This document shows, one piece after another, positions 24,640 through 38,096 of a DNA stretch of 64,000 bases. A model generated the notes under the pieces. The model was not told the DNA's origin, ran no database searches, and saw nothing but the letters and a program-made list of their open reading frames with translations. The position numbers and the translations under genes were made by a program. Every line of letters begins with the position of its first letter. The stretch's first letter is position 1. The DNA lies in contig RHPI01002272.1 of the NCBI GenBank assembly GCA_009103225.1, positions 1 to 64,000 on the forward strand, given 5' to 3'. The DNA comes from Chlorokybus atmophyticus (taxonomy: Eukaryota; Plantae; Mesostigma and Chlorokybus algae).

Positions 24640-26700
24640 CATGCACACAGCAAACAGCACATGTACACAATGCCAGCACGTGTACAGACCACACTGCCAG
24701 CTTGGCAAACCTACGACTCAACCATACAGCGTCTACTGCTGCCTCTCGCCCGAGCGAGCAATCACAATCTCCCGAGCACGCTCAAGGCTGATGCGTTTGA
24801 AGACTGCACCAGATCGTCGACCCGAGCGTTCAGTTGGCTCTCATGCGCTGCCAGAATGGTTGATTGCTCCTTAACATCCACGGACTCAATGCTCGGGGCT
24901 GCTGTCTCGGGGGACCCTTCGAAGCCACCGGTGGGTGTGTCGGAGTCTTCATCTCTTTTCTCCTGCACCGGTGAGTCGTCATGTTTGCTGCTCATCCCCA
25001 GCCTCTTGCTGACGCGCGGGCTCATGTGCATTGCTTTGCACGCTCTTGCTTTGATGTCCGCTGCTGGGTGTAGTGGCGTAAGAGAGGCTGGTGGGTCGAC
25101 ACCTAAAAGCGGCCACGCACCCTTGCGCTCGCCCTCCGGCATGTCCATTACATCCTCCAGCACGACCTCCAGCATCGCTAAAAAGTCACACGAATTGAAG
25201 TCATGTTAACACAGTTGCAATGGCAGGCGATTGGCAAACCGTAAGATGGCATGACTTTCAAACAGTGCTCACCTGGCGTGTTGACTACATGCACACCAAA
25301 TAGGTGCTCCAAGAGGCCTTGATGCACCAGCACTTCGTAGGGAGTGGTTTAGTCGCTTGCCACACACTCGGGATCGGCCCACGTGAGTGCCTGCAGAGCG
25401 AACCGCCTCCACCGATGTCGCGGGCTCAGTTTGTTGTGCACATACAGGATGCCCGTGTCGATCATTCCAACGAGATGAAGCACAGGGCTTCCTGGACCAG
25501 CAGGCACCGCTGACTCCAACGCGTCGCTCACGCAGGAGTCCCTTGGTACCTCCTCTTCATCCGCCCTCTCGAGTGCCTGCGTAATCTGTGTGAGTACAGC
25601 ACGGCGCTCAGTCTGCGTCAGCGGTGGCAGGTCTAGCGGCGGCTCCTCAACCACCTCGTAGCCCGTGAAGCTAACTCTCGGCAGACGGAGTTCTGCACAT
25701 GCGTGATTGACCGAGGCTTAGAATATTCCCAACATTCCACAGCAGGCGGCCAATAGATTGCAAGACACGAGACGCGCGAGATGAATCTCCTTCCTGCCAC
25801 CAGGTGAAGTCGCGCAGACGCACATATGCCCTTTTGGTTTCATATGCGCGATATGAAACTGTTAGAAATCAACAGTGACGTGCCAATGCGACCGCTAGCA
25901 ATAAATTCAAGTACAAAACCACCGTACCCCAGTTGACAATGAAGAAGCAAAGTAGGCCCATGTTCCGGGCTCTCTTTATACGGGTGTCGAATGTGCAACG
26001 CAGTGGGGCGGAGGACTTCCTCCTGCGAGGCACGTAGTCAAAACAGCGTCACAAAAAGCATCTGTGCTTTTAATGCATCATAGTCCCCAACATCATTCGG
26101 AACGCACACTCACCGGTGGAAGTGTGAAGCGTATAGCTTTGCATACTGTGCGAAGTATACGTGTATGCGTATGTCGTCATGGAAGTCCACCATGCGAGAT
26201 ATTGCGTTGCGCAACACTCGCAGATCGCATAGACGCTTGGCGGATGCTCCCGCCATGGTCTTGGCGTCAGCGTACACATCTTCCCAAAGCAGCATGCAGT
26301 CCTTGTACTCCACAGGACCTAATTTCTGGAACAGTCTGTCAAACTGCTGCAACCCGCGCATCGCTGAAGGAAATGCCAAAGCACGGATTTTGTGCAGGGA
26401 GTGTGTCTCATCAATCCACCAGCTCCATGTCGTGTCTGCCTGTCCCGTTATGTCCTCCAACTCCGGCACGTCCGTGATGTCAAGGAGCGAGACCTCCTCC
26501 TCCCCAATCGGTTCCGGAATTGGAAACTCCCAAACTTGCAGCCCCCCAACTTCGCACATAGTCAACTGCAGCGGCCATCAGGGTGCGGGATGGTGCACTG
26601 CCAACATTACATTGGCGATCGGCAAATAACCATCCGCCGCCTCTTTGCGGAAGCAGCGACGGAATGCGACATGGAGGTGAACCAGGTAAGGCGCAGCACA
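24640..26700 (-). pseudogene. Unidentified multi-exon protein-coding remnant
   Basis: Protein-like ORFs 26110-26565, 25349-25654 and 24762-25175 separated by GT-AG introns; in-frame stops; no family recognised. Confidence 0.35.
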
Positions 26701-27469
26701 TACAGCCTCGGTGTTCTGCACGCAGGCTGTTAACAGAGAGCCAGCCTAGTTGGGTCGTTGTTTGCTATTTGTTTGTTTTTGTTTGTTCGAGGCACACAAT
26801 CAAGCGGTGTGTATCTTGTTCTATCACAGGGTGCGGTCTTGGTGGGCCAGGCAATTGACCCACAATCAATGAATTACGCGGTGAGTTGAGGCGCATATGC
26901 ATGCCTTCTGTCTCTACCAAAAGGTGGCACAGTGTTTGCGTTTGCATCCTAGTTGTTTGAGCCATCACCACAGTTGCTATGAACAGTTTCATCACAATGT
27001 TGCATCACTCTCTTGCATAATAACAGGTGGACGCAAATGTGGTCCAGCCACCTGCCCCACTCGACTTGACCAACAACATTCGTTCGGACTCTCATGCATG
27101 CTGCTGCTGTCCTGCACCTTGGTTGACATTGCCATTATGCACTTGCAATGCATGTGCCATGTCCAGATCCGCTGTAAGTCACAAGTAGTTGCCATGCAGG
27201 CGTTGCCTCTCTAAGCCACCACTAATGTCAATGCGGGTCTACCAAAAGACGGTGCAGGAAGAGTCCTGGACAACACTGCACGTGGGGACAGTCACAATAG
27301 CTCCGACATGATATGCACAACTCTTGTCGAATGCATGTGTGTGGATCCCTATTGATGCTTGGACAACAGCAGCGGCGCATATGCATCACTGCTTATGCAC
27401 GGAGGCATACGCGCACGCAGTGGTGGTTGCACATGCAGTACACACACACACATACAGATAACACCCTAC

Positions 27470-28981
27470 GGCAGGCACCACTTCGCCCCCTCACTGTCAC
27501 ATTGGCAGAGCTCCGCAAAGAGACTGCGCCTGGGGAGACTGATCCGGATTACTGGCAAACCTTCCTTGGACTACTGGGCGAGGGGAAGACACTGGAGGAG
27601 GCGGCGGATGCAGCCGCGCTCGATGCTGACACCATACTCCAAGGCCGCACTCTTGCACAACAATGCTCTAGCAACGACACGCCGCCTGCGAACATTGGCG
27701 AGGGAGGGGTTGTGGAGCCGCCTCACCCTGCTGCCAATGTAGCGACGCAGCCGGATGCGGACACAACACTCGCCACACGTCTGCAGCAAGCAGAAGAAAA
27801 GCAGCTCCGCCTACAACGCAAAGAGGACAAGTGCGTTGATCACGTCAACACCCTGAAGAAAATGCTTGAGAAGGCGCAGGCAGACCTGAAGAGTGTCGGG
27901 CCGTTTAAAAGGGAGAGGCTCAACACAAAAAAGACCCAATCAAGCTCGAAATTGAGGAATTTTAGGAGTCCCTGATGGCTGCTTGAAAAGCCCAACACCA
28001 GGTGCGAATATCATGTAGCACTTTACTCCGCTCTGCTGTAGCAACGCAATGGTGGTGTATGTCACTTGCTGCCACCCGCCAACTATCAATTTGGTTGCAT
28101 GGCGAATTGCCATTGAGCGCTACATTGGGGGTGCACAGCGTGTGTTGGCAAATCGCAAGTTGTATTTGCAGGCAGTTGCAGCACGCAAGGAAGCTGACCT
28201 CGAGATCAACTGGGCGAAAGTAGCTTTGCGCCAACAACAAGACATCGCATCTCCCTCGGCCAAAGGCAAGAAGCGCAAGAGCCGGAGCCTATCTGCAAGC
28301 GTCTCACCGAAGAAGCGCATGGCCACAAGGGGGACCCCGAAGAAGCAACGGGAGTTGGCCAAAAAGGGAGCACAGGATTCACGCACCGGCAAGAAGTTAT
28401 TGCTTAAAAATGCAACAGCACAGTCGGGGCAGACCGAGTCGCAGCAACAGCAGGCGAATTGGGAGCCGGCGCAGCCGGTGCAGCAAGAGGAGCAGACCAT
28501 GGCCAGGCGCAAAAGCTGCAAGCCGCACAGGTACCGGCCCGGTATGGTGGCGCTGCGTGAAATAAGAAAGAATTAGAAGTCATGTGACACCTTGCTTCCT
28601 AAGATGCATGAGTGCATGCTGCACTTGCCAATGTCCAACAGCTGTGCGTCACATGATGCATGACTTTTAAGTCCATCGCGTGCAGCTTCCATTTTGCCTG
28701 GTCCGAGAGGTGAGCGCAGGCTTCACGGGGGATAGAGGGCAATACAACTACCAGGCTTCAGCCATGTCGGCGCTTCAAGAGGCAGCGGAGGCATTCATTG
28801 TGGAGCTTTCTGAGAAGAGGTTAGTGCCTCCTCACAGGAAACACTCTGGTTGTGGCAGCTTACCCACTGTATTCCTTGCAGCAACCTTTGCGCCATCCAC
28901 GCCAAGCGCATCACCATTATGCCAAAGGACATGCAGCTGGTGCGACGCATCGATGATAAAGGTCTGGGCAGCTACCAGTAG
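27470..28981 (+). pseudogene. Histone H3-like variant with a long coiled-coil/basic N-terminal extension; disrupted
   Basis: KPHRYRPGMVALREIRKN*KSCDTLLPK / [44 protein letters not shown] / [25 protein letters not shown]; histone-fold exons about 28497-28603, 28686-28819, 28882-28981; TAG at 28574-28576; first donor GT appears mutated to AT. Confidence 0.9.
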
Positions 28982-29033
28982 GCATATGGGCATATGGGCG
29001 GTGGAGTGTATAGGGGTTTGGTGGCTGATGGGA

Positions 29034-29042
29034 GGGGGGGGN

Positions 29043-29124
<82 letters not shown>
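29034..29124. repeat. Poly-G tract
   Basis: Read directly; contains an N, so length may be unreliable. Confidence 0.9.
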
Positions 29125-29127
<3 letters not shown>

Positions 29128-29549
29128 CAGCAACATGACTAGTGTATGTGCAACCTGTTCTGTATGTCATAAGGGTATTTGGTTGTGCTTTGCATGTGCC
29201 TGCTGACTGAACACACTGTACACATTGTATCTGCACACTGATCAGCAATGTGCACTGACTATCAACCAACTAGAAACACGTGGACATATGCAGCGTGTGC
29301 TTTGCAAGGGTGTGGGCAACCGCATTGACACACAGAAACATACAACACTTAGCCATGTAACCTGCATAAACAGCCAGTAAACAGAGTGAGCCGTTTCATA
29401 AAACACAGCAGCGCGGTATACCACACCAGCGCTGTCACACCTAATAACGACACACAAGTATCTATACAGCTCGCATGCTGCCTCGCTCCTATTGCTAAGC
29501 CTACAAACTTATTTATGGTCCACAACTCGAGACAAGAAGTGCCAACCTA

Positions 29550-30030
29550 ATCTTCGGCTTCAGAGCTGTCCAAGCTGTTAGAGACTGCCATGCCGCAGTC
29601 CGCATCATTAGAAGTGGCGCTGTCGATCTCCGCTTGCTTTTCCTACGCTTTGTTGAACTTGGCCTTGAGCTTCTCAAAGTAAAGGCGCATGCGCTTCATG
29701 TTGTTCTTGTGTATGGACTTGCGGATACTGACTTTCACTATATGTGCAATGCTATCAAAGTTGTGCATAGATTGCCTACATTGCAGAGCTCTAATGCATT
29801 GACCTCATTGATGGCCATCTCGTAGCTGCCTCCCTCTTCGTCGCACTCTTTCAGCAGCTCTTTGTTGATCCTTCAGTGCTCTCACATGTTCACACAAGCA
29901 GTAAGCAAGTGCTGTTGTCTGCACATGTAAGAGTCAATGCCTGATCATGCTTACCTCCCTGGCTAGCTTGGCAATTTCCTTGTTCTGGGTTGTCACCTGC
30001 TGAGTTAGGCGATAACCTGCAAAGCCAAGC
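29550..30030 (-). pseudogene. Small coiled-coil-like exon remnants of an unknown gene
   Basis: YRLTQQVTTQNKEIAKLARE, RINKELLKECDEEGGSYEMAINE and KNNMKRMRLYFEKLKAKFNKA* bounded by splice-like sites. Confidence 0.3.
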
Positions 30031-31124
30031 ACGGAGTTGGTGCATAAATTGACGCACAAATTCACGCAATACTCGTCCCCAGCGCATGTGTTGTACATTG
30101 CATGTGTCAATTTCTTCAACAGCTACAACCAGGCACCCCACACACCTCGAGTGGTGAACACACTCTGATCCCCACTGAAGGTTGATACTGAGCATATATA
30201 CCACTTGCCGCTCTCCCGACCTGGCACACAGGATGTCCAAGGCCCAAGGCCTTGTCACTGTGTGCTGACCTAGCAGCACATGCTGACTGTGTTCAACACA
30301 GGACCTGTGTCATGCCTATCGCCCAAGCATGCCAGTCATCATCGGGCATGCCTACAGCGAGACCCTCGCCCGGCTTACCAGCATGGCAACCCGCGCGCGT
30401 CTCTGACCAGTAGCTAGGTCATGTCTCTAGAGTAGCTCATGACCATAGCCTACATAGGCACCGCGCGTAGCTGTTCAGTTGTGAGTTCAGTTACAAGTCA
30501 GGTTCTATATATCGAGTGAGAATTTCCTGTGGAAATAGCCTCGATATGACCGTTAGCTTATGTTCCGGACAATCATGAGTTGACTTGTATAAGTAGGCAC
30601 AGTGTTTACCGGATCAGCTGGTGACACTGTAAGTGAGAAAGCTAAGAGCTTGTGAAGCGATTTGAACAAAAAACACACCGTCCTGGTTCCCAAGAATCCC
30701 CTCACCGTGTGAGAGCCTGTGCATGTTCTTGTGCACTGTGCTTGTCCTTGCTGTGAGCTTTGTGTACTTGGTCGCGGTGTGCTTGTTGGCATCAGTCAAG
30801 GCATAGCATCCACGTGTTGCTTGCTCATTCACCTCACTGAACAGTGTAGTTTCTCTTCCACTCACGCAAAGAACTGTGTAAACAGCACTACCTATAGTAG
30901 TGGCTTGTTGACTTACATGGTCACCCTCTTTGCTCAAGTGAGTGTAGTTGCAGGCTCTACATCAGCATCGCAATCTGTAGTTGTACACATCACAGTGCAG
31001 TGTTGTCACCGTCATCGCATAGCGCGCACAGGCGCTAGTGTGTTGGGTGATAGCAGCACTGGAGATCCCATTGTAGAGCACAAACACTCTACCCTTCATC
31101 CACTTTCACCATCGCATCAGCTGT

Positions 31125-32684
31125 ATGAGCAGGCCCACCCCTTTCTCGCCAATAGAAGAAGGGGACCTCAACAGCTGGAGCCCAACCTCCGACCTCACCT
31201 ACGAGCGCGCAAGTGAAGGGAGCGATTACCGTAGCAGCAGAGGCTCACGCCCCGTCTCCGGCTTCACCTCCTCTCACTCCACTCCTCGTCAGCGAGCATC
31301 TGCACCACCGTTGGACAGTGACGACGAAGAGATGGAGCCTTCCAGCTCAACCAACTCCCTACGCTTCTCCGGACGCCCTGGCACCACCTCACTTGACGAG
31401 TTCATCATCAAGTTCCACTCCAAGATGCGGCAGCAGGCCCTCAAGAGCAAGGACTGGACAGATGAGGTATCGTTTCATGTGTCCGCTCAATACCTTGATC
31501 ACGAAGCACATGATGTGTGGAAGTCCGTCGCTGAGTTGCACAAGATTGATGGCTATGGCGAGTTGGCCAGCACAATAGCCGCCACGTCACTGCACAGCCC
31601 ATCGGTTACTGTCCCTGTAGCAGCGGCCCTGCCCGCCTCAGTTACGGGTCTCACTCTAGCTGCAGCCATGGAGAAGGCAAATAATGAAGAAGTTGAGGTG
31701 GTAGTGGCCTCATTGACTCCTGCAGAGATCGAAAGCAAGAAAGCCGAGCGCCGGATCAGGATACTCAACCGCACCGCTGCCATCATCAGGGAGCAACAAG
31801 AGGAGCAGCAAGCTGCAGCATTGAAGATGGGTATGCCCCTGCTACCAACACCGAACTCGTGTGCTCCAGCGGGAGGCAGTGTTTTCACCCTCGGCTCAGT
31901 GGCATTGCGTGCACCCGCGCTCACGGTGGGCGCGGCCATGTCGGACTCCCCGTTGAAGGACCTCTACGCCGCACTCCGGCGCACCTTCCCACCTCAAACC
32001 AACAGCAAGGTGGAGGAGTTGAGGAGTTTTCGACGGAAGCACCACGAGGACCCTCTCCGACTGTATTCACGGTTGGAAGGGTTGCTTAAAGACACTGACT
32101 ACAAGATCGTCAGTGAGGAGGCGGCAGCAGTGGTGTATGTGGCCGAGTTGGATCCCACCCTGAGTGAGTCAACGCGCCTGACGCTGAACTACAGCAGGCC
32201 CCTCGGCTACACCCTTAAGGAAGCTTTCGAGACGGCACAAGCCATCCATAAGCGCGCAGTGTATGAGAAAGCGTGAGGCACTGCGGTTGGTGTCCAGCAC
32301 CGCTTGGACTTGGACACCAACCGCAGTGCCTCACGGCCTATGGCAGGCGCAAGTGCAGAGCCTCTTCGGCGGGACCGCAGCCGAGAGCCGCAAGGCATCC
32401 ATTACAAGGATAAACGGTCAGCTCATGCTGCCTTTGTGGCTCCAGTGCTGTGCCACCGGTGTCGTCGACATGGCCACTACCAAAAGGAGTGCACCGAAGA
32501 TTACGGCAGCCTTGTGTGCGACCACTGCCACAAGACGGGACACTTGGAGACAGTATGCTGGCTCAAGTTCCCTGAGCTGCGGCCCTCTATTGGCTACAAC
32601 AACGGCAACAACGCGGTTGGCTACCGCGGCAACAACAACAACGGGGGCTACAACAACAGCAATTGTCGTGGTGGTTGGTAGACA
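31125..32684 (+). CDS. gag-like ORF with two CCHC-type zinc knuckles; one in-frame TGA at 32274-32276
   Basis: CHRCRRHGHYQKEC and CDHCHKTGHLETVC; N/G-rich tail; 31125-32276 and 32304-32681 are in the same frame. Confidence 0.8.
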
Positions 32685-33337
32685 CGGGGGGGCCTCGGTG
32701 CTGGAGGTTCCGGCGCTGGTTGTGGTGGCGGCGCAGGTGGATGCCGCCTCTGCGAAGCTGGAATCATGCCCGCGGGTGTACCCAATGACTGTGGAGGAAA
32801 CCCCGGCGGACCCGGTGGTTGTGGGCCTGCCTCGCGTTCAGCTTGCTCCGCGGCGTACGTCCATCGAGCAGCATGAGCCGCTTCTCTGACCAATCTCCCT
32901 TCCCACGTGGCCGTGGGCTCGGTGTCCGTGTCGGTCCAATTATGATACTGAGGCATGGGCTGCAGGTACGGCGCGTAGTAGCTGTCGCCGCATGTCGTGA
33001 GTGATGGTGGGGACTCGCAAGATCCCTGCCATGTAGGCATCCCACCTTCCTTGTACCACTCCCACATCGAGCACGGTCATGGCGCGAGCGCGTAGGGTGC
33101 GCTGGAGGTCAGTCTGCTGTGCGTGTAGCTCATGAGCAATGGCGATGCGCCGCCGTTGCCGTGCGGCTTCCACCCCTGGCAGCCGCAGCATTGCCTCTTG
33201 CACTCCCTCCAGCGCGTCCGGGGCTGTGGTGGCAGCCTCGTCGTATGCTTGTCGCAGCGAACGAACGAATGCCCCCAACCATGATGCTCGGTTGCCAAAG
33301 GCAAACAGGGGGACAGCAGGGTGATTGGCAACGAGCC

Positions 33338-34861
33338 ATGGCAGCCTTGATGGCGCGCGTGGCACAGCTGGAGGAGAACAAGGAGCAGGACTATCAAGCC
33401 TGCTATTCTGCTAGGTGGGCACTGATGGCACCGAAACGGGATAGGGACACTCCCACGCCGTCACGCGTACAACCATCCAGACGTGCGCGCAGGGAAGCTG
33501 GCGCGTTGTCAACAGCGGCATCGTCGGACGCCACAAGTGGTGCTGCCTTGGCAGCGACAACCACCGCTGGGACGATGCCGTCGACGACACCGTCAGCATC
33601 CACACCGACCACGACAGCAGGTGTCAGCACTCTTGGCACCACGCTGTCCCTGGTGGAGAGCACCCACGCCGCAACAACCATGGTCGTTGGGTTCGGAAGT
33701 GGTGAATCCACCACTCCTGCCTCCATCGAAGCGACCACATCAACCGCAACTGCTGCCAACCTCACAGCCGCCACCTCAGTAACGACGACTGCTGCAGGTG
33801 CCACCACCATCGCCTCCAGTAGTGCTGCCATACACACTGCACCACTTCCTGAGGGACGCACGGCACCGCCTCCAGCGTTGGGCGTCACACAGCAAGTGCC
33901 ACGCGGGCCACAAGCAGAGCGCGCCTGGGCGTCGGTTCTACACAACGTGGAACCCACCACCATTGCGTATGGACCAGGGGGGCAACGCACCATGCGCGTG
34001 GCACGCGATGATCGCATCTTGCCCCTACCACCTCCAGAGTACCACACGCTGCCGGAACCCACACAACAGCAGCTGGAGGACGAAATCCTCGCCGGCACTG
34101 CACCAGAGATGAGGGATCGTCTGTTCGGGGTCACCTACCGACGACCTGCGGTATTGGAGCTGGCCATCCAGTTGTTCCTGGCATTACACGCACGATTGTA
34201 GGGCGCACCCAGTCAAACGCAGCAACCCATGCCCGCTCAACAGATCGACTTTGAGCCCTCGCCACTGGACTCACTCGGCCTCCAGCGACACAAAATGCAA
34301 GATCTCGTGGTCACCTTGTCTGACATCGCGCTGGGCGCTGATCCCGCTCTCCGGGGGCTCACTCCAGGCAGTCGTCAAGAGCGTTTCTCTGCACTCGAAC
34401 AGGCCCATCGTTATCGAATGGACCAAGCTGCCCAAGTGGACGCGCGCCGACAAGCGTACGAAGCAGCACACGCCGTTATCGTACCGACCGGAGCGCCGGC
34501 AAATGTTGACAGCGCCTCCACGGCGCTGACCACAGCATACTCCACGGCAGTCGCCATCGAGCAGCCAGGACACGCAACTGTTGCATACCAAGCGAGGGCG
34601 TTGGCGCAACAATTGCGGGGGGTAATTGCCCCGCTGTTGCCTCCTCTGAACGAAGACATGCCTGAGGATCAACGCGATGCAGGGCGAGGGTACCTCACCC
34701 CGCAAGGGGACACCACACAACGAGGAGGAGCTGGTATGGTGGGGGAGCAACAACTCCGTACCGCACTCATCCGGCAAGCAGTCATGTTGCACAGGCCTGA
34801 GGGCAACACATTAAGACAGATGATGGGGATGCAAGAGGGCAGCGCCGCTCGAGACAACTGA
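33338..34861 (+). CDS. Extra ORF segment upstream of the protease (coiled coil, Thr/Ala-rich tract, helical region); one in-frame TAG
   Basis: ATG at 33338 (MAALMARVAQLEENKEQ); 33119-34201 and 34229-34861 share a frame; frameshift into PR near 34850. Confidence 0.5.
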
Positions 34862-34883
34862 GTCGGAGGTACAGACACCTCGT

Positions 34884-35330
34884 ATGAAGAGGCTGCGTAT
34901 TGACGCCAATGCTGCCATGGTGGCCAACCAAGGCAAGCACGTTACCATCAACGGTCTGGCGCCCAAGCGAGTAATGTTGGACACCGGAGCACAGCCTGTC
35001 ATCATCAGGCGCTTCCTCGCGCGGTCCCTAGGCATAACCAGCTCCGACTTGGTGCCTTCCCCGTACGTGTTGGACACTGCCATAGGTAGCCGAGATAAGG
35101 TGATGGGAGTCACCAGGGAGGCCTTTTGCATTCGGTTGACAGGGCTGGACCCAACCCACACGACCGAGATCGTCCAGCAATGTGTGGTCACCAATGCCGG
35201 CTCCTTCGACTTTCTGCTTGGGCAGGACTTCAACTTCCCTGTTGGCATGGGCCTCGACTGCTGGACAGAGAGAGCGTGGTTTCGGCCACATTGGGATGAG
35301 GATAACGGAGAGGTACAGGGTTTCCTGCTC
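34884..35330 (+). CDS. Retropepsin-type aspartic protease
   Basis: VMLDTGAQPVII and FDFLLGQDF. Confidence 0.85.
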
Positions 35331-35716
35331 TCGGGTTGGTCTCGCGCACGCGCGCCCAACGCAAAATGGCTGCCATGGCCACACGCAGCCACGCCCGCAC
35401 CCGGAAGGCTGTAATGGCCATACACGACGGCGCTCGGACGCAAGTTGCTGCTGGTGCCACGGCCCCGTGTCGAACCGTCGACTCCTCTCCCATCCCGTAC
35501 AACGAGGAGCAGGAGGATGCCACCGTGGAAGTAGCATTACAAGACCCAGCTGAACGGCGCTGGCGCGCACAGGTGGACGCACACATCTTGCTCAACCATC
35601 CACTGATCACCACGCGCTTCCCCAACTACCAAAGCCACGTCAAGGTGCAAGACCACCATATGGTGGCCACCGGAGTGGTGGAGTTCCACACCTTTCGCAG
35701 GCAATAGGGCATCACA

Positions 35717-36690
35717 GTGTTGGAGCTGTTCGGAGGCATTTGCAGTGGTCTTGCTGCGGTCCTCAACACGGGCGTGAAGGTTGTCAAATATTATTACTGC
35801 GACCCAGACCCACACGCGCAAACGGTCCTCAAGCACCACTTACGCCAATTGCACGCCAGGTATCCACGTCAACTACCCCTCTCGGCGTTGCAAAGCAGCC
35901 TCAAAGCATTGCCACAGGACATCCGGCTGATCACTGAAGATCACCTACTGTCCCTCGGCAACGTCGACCTGTTAATAGCTGGATGGGAATGCCAAGGGCA
36001 CTCCAGGGCAGGCAAGGGGCAAGGCCTCGAAAACCCTCGCTCCGGGCTGTTATGGGAGATGCTGAGGATCATCCACCTCCTTCAACACCACCAGATCTCC
36101 AGACCCCTGGGGTACATCATCGAAAATGTGCATTCAGAGGACGACAAGCGTCCGCACGTGGCCTCCAGCTACCGACAAGTTTGCTCCATTCTGGGGCACC
36201 CACTTAAGGTGAACGCGGCACGACATGGCTCGCGCGCACATCGTGTACGTGATAAATGGACAAATTTGGCCACCGTGGAGGAACTCATGACCGCCGAATA
36301 CACACGCAGCGCTCGGCCGCGCAACCTGCTGGTCGACGACATCCTTAACCCCGGCCGCACAGCACAACCTGTCCTGCGTCATGACCACAACCACTTCTAC
36401 CCGTGCAATCAGCGCGGTCAGCCCCGTCGCGCACTCCCAACATTGGTGTCCTACCCGGGCTCCTACGCATTTCGGAACGGTGGTGACGGAATGGTGTTCG
36501 ATGCGACCACCAACAGGCTGAAAGAACCCAATGCACGCGAACGTGAACGCGCCATGGGATTCTTCCCCAACAGCATCACGGGCTCATCGCTGACGGACAG
36601 TCAGCAATGCCAGCTGCTTGGTCGCGCCATGGACCAGAACAGCATGGTATGGCTGATGGAGCTGAGCTTCGCGTTGCAAAACCGCCACGT
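35717..36690 (+). CDS. C5 cytosine DNA methyltransferase domain, in frame with RT
   Basis: Motif I VLELFGGICSG; II YYYCDPD; IV DLLIAGWECQGHSRAG (Cys codon 35990-35992); VI IIENV; VIII RAHRVRDKWTN; IX/X ERERAMGF...LLGRAMD; ORF 35717-37552 runs into RT without a stop. Confidence 0.9.
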
Positions 36691-36929
36691 GTCCTTCGAA
36701 GATCTCGAATACTTGGCTGGGGGGTGGGCTGATCGCGTGGCCGACACCAAGGCAGCTCACACAGCCCTCGAGGTGATCCACATGGAGGAGCAAGCAGCAG
36801 TGACAGTGGAGGACATTCCTGTGGTTGCCAATGCAACCTCCTGGGACCATGCCATTGGCCCGTTGGCCAAAGAAGACACTCGAGAGAAGCTGGAGGCTCT
36901 CCTCAACAAATGGAGGAGCCAATTCAGCT

Positions 36930-38096
36930 TCAATGTGAAGGAATTGGGTACATGTTCAGTGTACCAGATGGACATCGAGCTGGTGGACACTGAGCCGGTG
37001 TTCCGACGACAATACAGGCTCTCAAAGTTGGAAGAAGACTTGGTGGAACAGAGATGTAAGGCGCTGCTGGATGCAGGCCTTATCGAAGAGTCCACATCGG
37101 ACTTCGCAGCAGCAACCGTCATGCCACTGAAGAAGGATTCATTAGGCAACTGGACAGAGCGACGCATGTGTGGCGACTATCGCCCCCTCAACAACAAGAC
37201 CAAGCAAGACCGGTACCCCATGCCCACAGCAGAGGGTATTTTTGATGATGTGGGAGACTGCACAGACTTCAGCATCCTGGACATGCGTCAGGGGTACAAC
37301 CAAATCGCCATCAAGGACGAGGACAAGCACAAGACCTCCCTCTGGGGCAACCGACAGTTGTACCAATGGAAGGTAATGCCGTTCGGGCTGAAGAATGCCC
37401 CCGCCAAGTTTCAACGCGTCATGGACAAAGCCTTGAAGGGGCTGGACTGCGCGCGGTGCTACATCGATGTCATCCTCATCTTCAGCCGCAGCAACGAGGA
37501 GCATCTTCAGCACATCGAGCGGTGCTGGAACGACTCAAGGGAGTGGGGATGACCGTACACCCCGACAAGTGTACCTTCTTCACCCACAAGGTGCCGTACT
37601 TAGGGCACATGATTGTGCCCCATGGTGTGTATGTGCAGCAGGCAAAAGTAGAGGCTCTGGCAGCTATCCCTGCCCCGACAGACCTCACACGCCTGCGCGC
37701 TTTCTTGGGACTTGCCAACTACTATCGCCGGTTCGTGAAGGACTTCGCGAAGATCGCAAGGCCCCTCAACGAGCTACTGAAGAAGGAGGTGGAGTTCGCG
37801 TGGAAGGAGCCGCAACAGCAGGCCTTCGAGGAGCTGAAGAGCAGGCTCACCAGCGCTCCCATCCTTCAACGTCCGGACTACGCCAAGCCTTTCATCCTTC
37901 ACACCGACTGGAGCAAGCTGGGGATGGGAGCGGTGCTGGTGCAGCACGATGAGAACAAAAAGGAGCGGGTGGTGTCATACGCCAGCCGAAGCAACAACAG
38001 CGCCGAGGCCAACTATAGCAGCTACGAAGGGGAGTGCCTCGCTGCGGTGTGGGCCATCTCCTTCCGACCTTTCCTCTTTGGTCGACAGTTCCAACT
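36930..38096 (+). CDS. Reverse transcriptase and partial RNase H; degenerate (YIDV, frameshift near 37520), truncated at 38096
   Basis: RMCGDYRPLN, DMRQGYNQI, MPFGLKNAPAKFQR, YIDV, FLGLANYYRRF, LHTDWS; closely similar to 3484-4570. Confidence 0.95.

Noticed and set aside
33403-34792. Long minus-strand ORFs opposite the Thr/Ala-rich ORF
   Set aside because: Shadow ORFs expected from GC-rich plus-strand coding.
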